From positions 256,001 through 320,000 of the forward strand of contig JAVJQW010000023.1 in assembly GCA_040218735.1 (NCBI GenBank): a DNA stretch of 64,000 nucleotides. Direction: 5' to 3'. This document shows positions 9,706 through 17,800 of this stretch, piece after piece. Both the position numbers and the translations under genes were made by a program. The DNA comes from Deltaproteobacteria bacterium. GTDB lineage: Bacteria > Myxococcota > Kuafuiibacteriia > Kuafuiibacteriales > Kuafuiibacteriaceae. Under the pieces are notes generated by a model. The model saw nothing but the letters and a program-made list of their open reading frames with translations. It ran no database searches and was not told the DNA's origin. Every line of letters starts with the position of its first letter. The first letter of the stretch is position 1.

Positions 9706-11625
9706 CTACGAAGCCTTCTGCGTCGACGCCGCCGCGTCCTCGGCTTCGAGGCGCGCGAGCAGGCGGCCGCCGGTCGTCGTGATCTGGTCGTGGAGGAAAC
9801 GCGCCCGCGGCTCGGCGCGCTCGAGGTAGCGCTCCAGCACCTCACGCCGCTCCGGGTAAGCGCGCGCCTGCTCGAGCAGGATCTCCACGACCGCTTCGTC
9901 GATCAGCTGCTGCGTCAGCCGCTCGGCGTGCAGCATCGCGTACGAGAAGTCGCGCTTGGGATCCCAGTTCTCGAGGAACCGCTGCGGCCACTCCTGCACC
10001 GGCTGCCCCTTCAGCGTACTGAACTTGGCGGCCGCCGTGCGTGTGAGGAGGTGCTGCTGACTCGACAGCGCGAGCGCCTGCAACCTCGCCACGCGACGCT
10101 CCAGCGGATCCCGCGCCGAGGCCGCGCGCCACTTCGTCTGCGCGACCTTGCGCGCGAACCGCCGCGGGTTCTCGAGGACGCCCATCAGCACATCCTTCAT
10201 CACCATCAGCGATTGGATCTGCGACGTGCCCTCGTAGATCGGCAGCACCATCGCGTCGCGCAGCAGCTTCTCGCCGCCGTACTCCGTCGTGTACCCGACG
10301 CCGCCGTGGATCTGGATGCAGCGTCGCGCCATCTCCACCGCCTTCTCCGACGCGAAGTACTTGAGCAACGGCGTGAGCCGCCGCGACTTACGCGCGAAGC
10401 GTTTCTGCCGCCGCTCGTGTTCCTTCCGATCCGCGTCCGCGACGAACCCGGCGTCGAGGAGCATCTTCGTCTTCTGCGCCATCTCCTCGTTCACCGCACA
10501 CGTCACGCCGAGCGCGCGAATCGCCTGGATGTCGGTCTGCATCTCTTCGAGGTACTCGGCGATCATCTCGTGGCGGTCGATCGTCTTGCCCATCGACACC
10601 CGCTCTTCGGCGTACGCCTTCGCCATCCGGTACGCCGACTCACACAGCCCGAGCGACTCGAACCCCACGCCGACGCGTGCGTTGTTCATCAGGAGCAGCA
10701 TGTACTTGAAACCTTCGCCGCGTTTCCCGATGAGCTGCGCGGGTGAACGATCGAACGTGAGGGAGGTCGTCGCCGAACCGTGGTGGCCGAGCTTCTCCTC
10801 GAGGCGATCGATCTCGACGTAGCGCTTCCGCCCGTCCTCGGTGTCGTCGTACGCCTTGGCCAGGAACATCGACAGCCCCTTCAGGCCGGCCATCGGATCG
10901 TCCGGGTCCTTCGCGTCCTCGGTGCGCGCGATGACGAAGTGATATTTGCCGTGCCCGGAGGTGATGAAGATCTTCGAGCCGGTGAGGAACCACTGGCCGT
11001 CCTCTTCCTTCGCGACGCACGACAGCCGCGCCATGTCGCTGCCGGCGTTCGGCTCGGTGATGTCCATCGCGCCCCACGCCTGGCCGCTGCGGATCTCCTC
11101 GATGGCGTCCGCGAAGCGGGTCTCGGCGATGACGCCGCGCTCGAGGTCGAACTTCGTCGAGCCCTCCTGGAGCGAGTACACGAGCATCGCCATCGCCATC
11201 GCGCCGTGGAAGCTGTTGTGCGTCATGACGGAGATGTCGCCGCGCGCGAGCAGCTCGCTCGCGAGGTAGAACACCGTGAGCGGGCAGTTCTGGCCGCCGA
11301 GCTCGCGCGGGATGGTGAGGCCGTGCAGCTCCAGCGCTTTGAGCTGGTCGAAGATCTCTTGGAGCGGCCCGCAGAAGACGACTTCGCCGTCCTTCATCTC
11401 CATCCCTTCGCGATCGATCTGCGCGGCGCGCGATGCGATCTCCTCCGCGCTGAAGTCCCCCACGAGCGCGAGGATGTCGCGGTACATCTCGACGGCGTCC
11501 TCCGCCTTGTCGAAGCCGTCGGGTGAGCGGTGGAAGAACTCCGTGAGCTCCACGATCGGCGCCCAGTCGATGCCCTTCTCGACGTAGAACTTCAGGTCGT
11601 CGTTGTCGGTGTAGAAGCTGGCCAT
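9706..11625 (-). CDS. Acyl-CoA dehydrogenase
   Basis: MDITEPNAGSD, GSKIFITSG, EEKLGHHGSAT, MNNAR, IQIHGGVGY, IYEGTSQIQ; ATG 11625 overlaps TetR stop. Confidence 0.93.
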   Translation of the reverse strand: MASFYTDNDDLKFYVEKGIDWAPIVELTEFFHRSPDGFDKAEDAVEMYRDILALVGDFSAEEIASRAAQIDREGMEMKDGEVVFCGPLQEIFDQLKALELHGLTIPRELGGQNCPLTVFYLASELLARGDISVMTHNSFHGAMAMAMLVYSLQEGSTKFDLERGVIAETRFADAIEEIRSGQAWGAMDITEPNAGSDMARLSCVAKEEDGQWFLTGSKIFITSGHGKYHFVIARTEDAKDPDDPMAGLKGLSMFLAKAYDDTEDGRKRYVEIDRLEEKLGHHGSATTSLTFDRSPAQLIGKRGEGFKYMLLLMNNARVGVGFESLGLCESAYRMAKAYAEERVSMGKTIDRHEMIAEYLEEMQTDIQAIRALGVTCAVNEEMAQKTKMLLDAGFVADADRKEHERRQKRFARKSRRLTPLLKYFASEKAVEMARRCIQIHGGVGYTTEYGGEKLLRDAMVLPIYEGTSQIQSLMVMKDVLMGVLENPRRFARKVAQTKWRAASARDPLERRVARLQALALSSQQHLLTRTAAAKFSTLKGQPVQEWPQRFLENWDPKRDFSYAMLHAERLTQQLIDEAVVEILLEQARAYPERREVLERYLERAEPRARFLHDQITTTGGRLLARLEAEDAAASTQKAS

Positions 11626-12260
11626 CACTTTTCTCCTGATTTGTTGGACTGGTGGGAGAGGTAGCTCTCCTCGAACAGGCTGGTGCGCGCGATGCGGATC
11701 AGCTCCGCCTGCGCGCGCGGATGAACGCGCCCTCGCGTGCGTTTGCCGAGGGCGGTGTTGAATGCGTCCGACGTCGAGAAACTCGCGAGCGCGAGGCACG
11801 AGATGTGGAGGACGTAGGACGGGGGATCGACGTCGGCTTGGATCTGCCCCGACGCCTGCCCCTTCTCGATGTACGAAGCGACGACGTCGACCCAAGGCCG
11901 AACCTGCTGCTCCATCACGCTCTTGGTGTCGCCGCTGCGATCGAGGAGCTCACGAACGATGAGGCGCGCACGGTCCGTGTCCTTCGCGAAGAAGTCGCAC
12001 AGCTCGTGCATCACGGCGTCGAACTTCGCGAGGCCGGTCAGCGCGGAAGCCATCAACAGCTTGGGGAGGATCTCGTTCCACCGCGAAAGCAGCTCGTCGA
12101 GCACCGCCTGCCCCAACACCTTCTTCGACGGGAAGTGGTAGAGCACCGACGGCTTCTTCACGCCGACCGCGTCGGCGACCGCCTGCAATGACGTGCCTTC
12201 GAAGCCGCGCGCAGCGATCAGCCGCGTGGCCTCCTCCAGGATTTGAGCCCGAACCTCCAT
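11625..12260 (-). CDS. TetR/AcrR family transcriptional regulator
   Basis: ILEEATRLIAARGFEGTSLQAVADAVGVKKPSVLYHFPSK helix-turn-helix; ATG 12260. Confidence 0.92.
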   Translation of the reverse strand: MEVRAQILEEATRLIAARGFEGTSLQAVADAVGVKKPSVLYHFPSKKVLGQAVLDELLSRWNEILPKLLMASALTGLAKFDAVMHELCDFFAKDTDRARLIVRELLDRSGDTKSVMEQQVRPWVDVVASYIEKGQASGQIQADVDPPSYVLHISCLALASFSTSDAFNTALGKRTRGRVHPRAQAELIRIARTSLFEESYLSHQSNKSGEK

Positions 12261-12279
12261 CGACCGCTCTGTCGGCCAC

Positions 12280-12299
12280 TGTCTACCGATCGGTAGACA
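12280..12299. promoter_or_regulatory. Perfect 20-bp palindrome, probable TetR operator
   Basis: TGTCTACCGA|TCGGTAGACA about 20 bp upstream of the TetR start, in the divergent intergenic region. Confidence 0.75.
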
Positions 12300-12365
12300 A
12301 ACGACAACCCAGTGGAAGCCCCGATATCTGGCGTCGTCGGACCCGCCTGAGGCACGCTCCGCCGC

Positions 12366-13673
12366 GTGCGTCGCGCGGTGTGGCTCGTGCTCCTGGTGGG
12401 CTGCAACGCCGCGCCGGTCGAGGCGCTGCAGCCGCCGCCCCTGGATATCGCGCTGACCCGGCTGTGGAGCCGCAACGGGGAGGTTACGCTGCAGGGCACG
12501 GCGGTCGGCCCCGACGGGGACGTGCTCTTGGCCGCCCGTCACACCGGGCCGCTGCACTACGAGCGCGAGCAGCTGTCGACGGATCGCGGGACTTCGTTCG
12601 TGCGGATCGACGACACCCCGGCGAGCGCGGGGTTCGTCTTCGACGACGTCGAGGTGGTCCGTACCGCGTGGACCACCGAGCCGGTGGTGTCCGCGGGGTT
12701 CCGCCGCTCGATCACGGTGTTCGGCGAGACGATCACGGCGCCCGGCGGCTTCGACACGGTCGTCGCCCGCCTCGAGTCGCGACGCATCGTGCACATCACG
12801 TCACCCGCCGACACGTTCGTGAACGGGCTCGCGGTCGACGCGCTCGATCAGATCTACGTCGCCGGCCGCTTCGCGCAGTCACTCGAGATCGCGGGCGAGC
12901 GCATCATGGGCGACGGCACCAACGACGCCTTCGTCGCGAAGATCGACGCCGAAGATCGCGTCGCGTGGCTCCTCGGACTCGAGAGTCCGGGGAACGACGC
13001 GGTCAGCGGCGTCGCCGTCACCCCCACGGAAGGGGTCTACGTGACCGGCACCGTGGACGGCGTGCTCGACCTCGGCGCCGTCCGCCTCGAATCGAGCTCA
13101 CCGCGCCCCTACCTCTTGGAGATCGATCCGTTCGGCGTGCCGGTGCGCGGTCGGGTGTTCGACGGCGACGGCTCGGCCGAGCTCGCCGTGCTCGCCGTCG
13201 ACGAGGCCACGCAAGCGCTGTGGATCGCCGGGACGTTCCGCGGCGCGATCGACGTCGGCGAGCGCCTCGTCTCGCGCGGGCAGGCCGACATCCTCGTGCT
13301 GCGTTTCGCGCCCGGCCTCGACGACTTCGAGGTCGCGCGCTACGGGAGCGAGGAGCTCGACGTCGTCGAAGCCGGTGCGGTGGATCGGTATGGGCGCTTC
13401 TGGATCACCGGCACGCTCCGGGGCGCGACGCCGCTCGGCCCCGACTTCCCGCGCGACGACGGGCTCGACGGGTTCGTCGCCGCGCTCCGCGCGCCGGGGG
13501 TCGTCACGTTCCGACGCCGGATCGGTGGCTTCGACGATCAGGTCGGCGCTGGTGTGGGGACGCTGCGCAGCGGGCACGTCCGATTCACCTTCCAGACGGA
13601 GGGCGTCTACGAGCTGTTCGGCGCGCCCGACCTGCGGCTACCGGGCGTCTACCTCGGCCAGTATCCGCGCTGA
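12366..13673 (+). CDS. Lipoprotein with SBBP-like beta-propeller repeats
   Basis: Lipobox LVGC; repeats IYVAGRF / VYVTGT / LWIAGTF / FWITGT followed by DAFVAKID / DGFVA. Confidence 0.65.
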   Translation: MRRAVWLVLLVGCNAAPVEALQPPPLDIALTRLWSRNGEVTLQGTAVGPDGDVLLAARHTGPLHYEREQLSTDRGTSFVRIDDTPASAGFVFDDVEVVRTAWTTEPVVSAGFRRSITVFGETITAPGGFDTVVARLESRRIVHITSPADTFVNGLAVDALDQIYVAGRFAQSLEIAGERIMGDGTNDAFVAKIDAEDRVAWLLGLESPGNDAVSGVAVTPTEGVYVTGTVDGVLDLGAVRLESSSPRPYLLEIDPFGVPVRGRVFDGDGSAELAVLAVDEATQALWIAGTFRGAIDVGERLVSRGQADILVLRFAPGLDDFEVARYGSEELDVVEAGAVDRYGRFWITGTLRGATPLGPDFPRDDGLDGFVAALRAPGVVTFRRRIGGFDDQVGAGVGTLRSGHVRFTFQTEGVYELFGAPDLRLPGVYLGQYPR

Positions 13674-13736
13674 TTCCGACTCGGTCGTCTATTCCACGCA
13701 ACTTCTCTCACACGCCGCCGATGTTCGAAGGGGCGC

Positions 13737-14159
13737 GTGGAACGTCTTCGATTCAACGACCTCAGCTTCGAGGTTCCGTCCGAGTGGCGGAACGAAACCG
13801 TCGTGACCCTCGCGGGCCGCGACTCGAAGCAGTTCGCGCCGAACGTCGTGGTCACCCGCGACTTCGGCGTCGAGGAGCCGCTCGAGGACTACGCGAAGCG
13901 GCAGGTCCCGGACATCAAACGGGCGACGAAGAAACACGAGCTGGTGTCGGAGCGTGAGGAGACGATCGCCGGGCAGAGTGCGTACGTGCTCGAGCATCGT
14001 TTCATGACTCAGGAGCGCGTCAGGGTCAGGCAGCTCCAGTATTTCGTCCGTGGCTCGGACGGCGTCATCGTGATGTCGCTGACCGTCGCCGAACAAGAAG
14101 TGAAGGGGCGCGCCAACCTGCTGCGGCGCATCGCGGCGAGCCTCACCGTCGAACACTGA
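13737..14159 (+). CDS. DcrB-related / DUF1795 (PsbP-like) protein
   Basis: FEVPSEWRNET, PNVVVTRD, LEDYAKRQ, VRQLQYF pattern; 140 aa. Confidence 0.65.
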   Translation: MERLRFNDLSFEVPSEWRNETVVTLAGRDSKQFAPNVVVTRDFGVEEPLEDYAKRQVPDIKRATKKHELVSEREETIAGQSAYVLEHRFMTQERVRVRQLQYFVRGSDGVIVMSLTVAEQEVKGRANLLRRIAASLTVEH

Positions 14160-14252
14160 CCGGCGTTGTCGCGGCACGAGCCACGTCGTCGACGTCTGCA
14201 TTCGGACGAGCCCGCGCGACCACCGAGCTGCGCGACGGGTTAGAGTCGGCGC

Positions 14253-14885
14253 GTGCGTCGGCTCCTCCTCCCGCTGCTCCTCTGCGCCTGCGCGTCCACG
14301 TCGCAGAGCCGCGAACGGTTCACCGACGTCCACCGCGAAAAGCTCGCCGCGTCGATCGCGAAGACATCCAGCGTGGCGTCCGACCACCAGTGGCGCGACG
14401 TCCCGGCCTACGACGGCGAGCTCGTGAACGCGTACATCGAGATCCCCCGTGGGACCTCCGACAAGTACGAGTTCGATCTCGCGAAGAACGAACGCGTCGT
14501 GGACCGGGTCCTCGATCCGTCGCTCGGCGGCTACCCGACGAACTACGGCTTCATCCCGCAGACCATGGCGTTCGACGGCGACCCCTACGACGTCCTCGTC
14601 CTGGGGCCGCCGCTCGAGGGCGGGACGATCGTGAAGACACGGATCGTCGCGCTGATGCACATGGACGACGAGAAGGGCCCCGACCCGAAGCTCGTCCTCG
14701 TGCCCGTCGACACGGAGCTCACGCTCGACGACGCGGAGAAGAAACGCATCGCGACCTGGTTCGACGGCTACAAGAAGTTCGAGCCCGACAAGTGGGCGAA
14801 GGTCACCGGCTGGTCGGACGCCGCCGCCGCGAAGGCCGCGCTCGACTCCGTCGTGGAGTTCTACCGCGTCGAACGTTCGAGGTAG
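14253..14885 (+). CDS. ppa: Family I inorganic pyrophosphatase with lipoprotein-type signal peptide
   Basis: IEIPRG..KYE, YPTNYGFIPQT, DGDPYDVLV signature, MDDEKGPDPKL, F..YK; N-terminal MRRLLLPLLLCAC. Confidence 0.88.
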   Translation: MRRLLLPLLLCACASTSQSRERFTDVHREKLAASIAKTSSVASDHQWRDVPAYDGELVNAYIEIPRGTSDKYEFDLAKNERVVDRVLDPSLGGYPTNYGFIPQTMAFDGDPYDVLVLGPPLEGGTIVKTRIVALMHMDDEKGPDPKLVLVPVDTELTLDDAEKKRIATWFDGYKKFEPDKWAKVTGWSDAAAAKAALDSVVEFYRVERSR

Positions 14886-15655
14886 TCGTGCGCGAGCGGC
14901 GTGACGGAGTCACACGGTCGACACAACGCAGTCGCGAGTCCGCTGTTGCGACGCGTGCGTCCCGCGATCGCCTTGAACACCGGACCGCTCAGCTGCTCGT
15001 CGCAACGTAGGCACGGGTTCAGCGCGCCGTCGTCGAGGTGGTACGGGTCGTCGATCGCCGAGAAACATTCGTCGGCGCACTCCGCCTGCGTGTGTTTGGT
15101 GTTGAAGTACCAGATCTGCGCGCACGGTCGCGTGAAGCCGAGGTTCATCAGGCACGCGAGGTGCTCCTCCTGCGTCCCGAAGATGTGGTCGAGGCCGCAC
15201 TGACGCACGGGCTTCGTGAGGTCGCCGACGCCGGCGTAGACGGCGAGGTCGTCGAGCGTCGAGCACACGCCGCACACGCCGCGGTGGGTGATGATCGCGT
15301 CCGCGTCCGCCGCCGCGTCGGGCGTGGCGTAGTCGACGAGGCGGTACGTCGCGCCGTCGACGTGGACGCCGCACACCGCGTCGGCGGGGATCGTCGGCGC
15401 CGCGGCTTCGTACGGATCCTCGGTCACCTCGGCGTAGGGCGTCGCGAGCTCGAGCGCCGCCCACCCGTCGAAGGTCGCGCGCGTGAGCGACGGCGCGGTC
15501 CAGTTACACGACGCGCAGGACGGGGCGCACTGGGCGTCGGTCAGCCCGGTGTCGGCGGTGGGGCGACCGAACAGGCGCTCTTCCTTGTCGCAGGTCTCGA
15601 GCGCCGGGCTCTTGCACGCCGACAACATAACGAGCGTGAGGGCCCACCACCGCAC
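14861..15655 (-). CDS. Cys-rich hypothetical lipoprotein
   Basis: Lipobox LSAC; THRGVCGVCSTLDDLAVY, CAQIW.FN, CLRCDE..SGPVFKAIAGRTRRNSG. Confidence 0.7.
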   Translation of the reverse strand: MRWWALTLVMLSACKSPALETCDKEERLFGRPTADTGLTDAQCAPSCASCNWTAPSLTRATFDGWAALELATPYAEVTEDPYEAAAPTIPADAVCGVHVDGATYRLVDYATPDAAADADAIITHRGVCGVCSTLDDLAVYAGVGDLTKPVRQCGLDHIFGTQEEHLACLMNLGFTRPCAQIWYFNTKHTQAECADECFSAIDDPYHLDDGALNPCLRCDEQLSGPVFKAIAGRTRRNSGLATALCRPCDSVTPLAHDYLERSTR

Positions 15656-15738
15656 GCGCCGAAGCTACCCCAGATCGGCGTCGCGCCTCTCGCCTCTTTG
15701 ACGTCGCGCGCTCGAACCGCCCAAGATGAAGTCGGCGC

Positions 15739-16452
15739 ATGCAGATCGCCGTGCTCAGCGACCTCCACATCGGCAAGAAGAACCGCCTCGACCGGTTCTG
15801 CCGCGCCGACGAAGCGGAGGACGGACTCATCCGGATGCTCGAGAAGCTCGAGCGCGCGGTGGATCGCGTCGTCCTCCTCGGCGACGTGTTCGAGACGCTG
15901 CGCGGCGGAGCGCCCGGCACCCTCGCCTCCGAGCTACGCGGCGCGATGGAGGCCTACCCGCGCCTCACGAAGCGCATCGTCGAGGACCCGCGCTACCGGT
16001 ACGTCTTCGGCAACCACGACGTCGTGGCGAAGAAGGTGCTCGGCGCCCCGGAGTTTCTCGTCGAGGAGGACCACGGGACCAAGATCGCGTTCTTCCACGG
16101 CCACCAGATGGATCGCCTCGCGCGGGGCCGCGCGCCGTTCTCGCGCCTCGGCGTCTGGATGGGCGGCGTCCTCGAACGCGCCGGACTGCCGGTCACCCAC
16201 CACGTGGACCAGCACAAGGGCGCCCCGACGCCCGACGCCCACAAGAAGGATCTCGCCGTCTACGTGCACGGAGCAACGCAGATTGCAGAGCAGATGGGCG
16301 CCGACGTCGTCGTGAACGGCCACACGCACCGCCCCCGCAAGACCTCGATGGGGGGTCAGCTCTACCTGAACAGCGGTACCTGGTTGGCGGGGCGGCGCGA
16401 GGTCGTCCTCCTCGACACGGGCGCGCAGACCTACGAGCTGCTGAACGAATGA
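15739..16452 (+). CDS. Calcineurin-like metallophosphoesterase (LpxH-like)
   Basis: SDLH, LGDVFE, GNHD, HGH, GHTH, YLNSGTW motifs. Confidence 0.85.
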   Translation: MQIAVLSDLHIGKKNRLDRFCRADEAEDGLIRMLEKLERAVDRVVLLGDVFETLRGGAPGTLASELRGAMEAYPRLTKRIVEDPRYRYVFGNHDVVAKKVLGAPEFLVEEDHGTKIAFFHGHQMDRLARGRAPFSRLGVWMGGVLERAGLPVTHHVDQHKGAPTPDAHKKDLAVYVHGATQIAEQMGADVVVNGHTHRPRKTSMGGQLYLNSGTWLAGRREVVLLDTGAQTYELLNE

Positions 16453-16548
16453 CGGCTGTGGCGCACCGTTTACGCGGTGCGTCGCACAGATGACGGATCC
16501 CGTGAGGATTGCATGCGCACCGCGAATGCGGTTTGAAGGCGGCGGCTT

Positions 16549-17742
16549 TTGCTCGACGTCGCGCTCAAGACCGTCCTGGTGACGCAAGCGCTCCTGCTCC
16601 CGGGGGGTGCGGATCTGACCCCCGACACAAAATGTGGGATCGAGCGCGCACCGGTAGGCACAGTGCGGAAGGTGGTGGCCTGGGGCGACAGTCTCGGGAA
16701 GATCCTCGTCGACGCCGGCGCCAACCGCGAAGAGGTCGCGAAGCTGCGACGCTCGATGCGCCGCCAACACAACCTCAGCCAGCTCGCCGTCGGTGACCAG
16801 ATGGACATCCACGTCCGAGACGACGGCGCGATCAGCTGGTTCCGCTACCGCCCCCACCTCACGACGGCGATATGCGCGCGGCGCAGCCTCCGAGATCGGC
16901 TCATCGTCCACCGTGAGGAGCTCGCCGCGCGTACCGAGACGGTGCTGGTGCAGACGGCGATCAACGGCAAGCTCCGCGACGCCCTCGAAGCGATCGGCGA
17001 AGACGCTACGCTCGCGCTCCTCGTCGACGACCTGTTCCCCAAGAACGTCGTGCGCAGCAAGGACGACGAGAACCGCTACCTACGCGTCGTCGTCGAGCGC
17101 CGCACCATCGAAGGTCAGCTCCTCGACTACGGACGCATCCTCGCGGCCGAGTACAAGGCGCAGCACAAACGACTGCGCGCCTTCCACTACGAAGGCAAGA
17201 ACGGCAGCGGCTACTACGACCAGGACGGGCACCCGATGCAGAGCACGCGCCTGCGCGCGCCGGTCGCAGGCGCACGCGTCGCGAGCGGCTACGGTTACCG
17301 CGACCACCCGATCCGCGGGCAGCGTCGGATGCACCGGGGCGTCGACTACAGCGCGGCGCGCGGCGCCGCGGTGCGTGCGGCGGCGGACGGCGTCGTGGTG
17401 TCGGCTGGCTGGGAAGGCCACCTCGGAAAGATGGTCGCGCTGCGCCACCGCGACGGCCTCGTCACCCACTACGCCCACCTGTCGGGCTTCGCGAAGCGCG
17501 CGCGACGCGGCAAACGCGTCAAGCAGGGCACGGTGATCGGCTACGTCGGCTCGACCGGCCTGAGCACCGGGGCGCACCTGCACTTCGAGACGCTCATCGA
17601 CAAGAAGTACATCGATCCGATGCGCCTCGCCGCGGCCAAGTCTCCCCGGCTCGCGAAGGACGAGATCGACGCCTTCCACACGGAAGTGCAGCGTTTGCTC
17701 ACCCTCCTGGACCCGTCGGGCCAGGTCGGGCGTGACGCGTAG
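16549..17742 (+). CDS. M23 family metallopeptidase (MepM/Csd3-like)
   Basis: HRGVD, YAHLS, GSTGLSTGAHLHFE; middle GRILAAEY...GYYDQDG domain; start uncertain. Confidence 0.9.
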   Translation: MLDVALKTVLVTQALLLPGGADLTPDTKCGIERAPVGTVRKVVAWGDSLGKILVDAGANREEVAKLRRSMRRQHNLSQLAVGDQMDIHVRDDGAISWFRYRPHLTTAICARRSLRDRLIVHREELAARTETVLVQTAINGKLRDALEAIGEDATLALLVDDLFPKNVVRSKDDENRYLRVVVERRTIEGQLLDYGRILAAEYKAQHKRLRAFHYEGKNGSGYYDQDGHPMQSTRLRAPVAGARVASGYGYRDHPIRGQRRMHRGVDYSAARGAAVRAAADGVVVSAGWEGHLGKMVALRHRDGLVTHYAHLSGFAKRARRGKRVKQGTVIGYVGSTGLSTGAHLHFETLIDKKYIDPMRLAAAKSPRLAKDEIDAFHTEVQRLLTLLDPSGQVGRDA

Positions 17743-17800
17743 TAGGATCTTTCGTCACACCTAGGTGACGGAAAGTGTCCCCGCCGGGCACTCATATACG

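Noticed and set aside
17750-17774. Imperfect palindrome TTTCGTCAC-ACCTAG-GTGACGGAAA between the M23 gene and the Ig-like lipoprotein gene
   Set aside because: Short and imperfect with no U-tract; cannot be separated from chance
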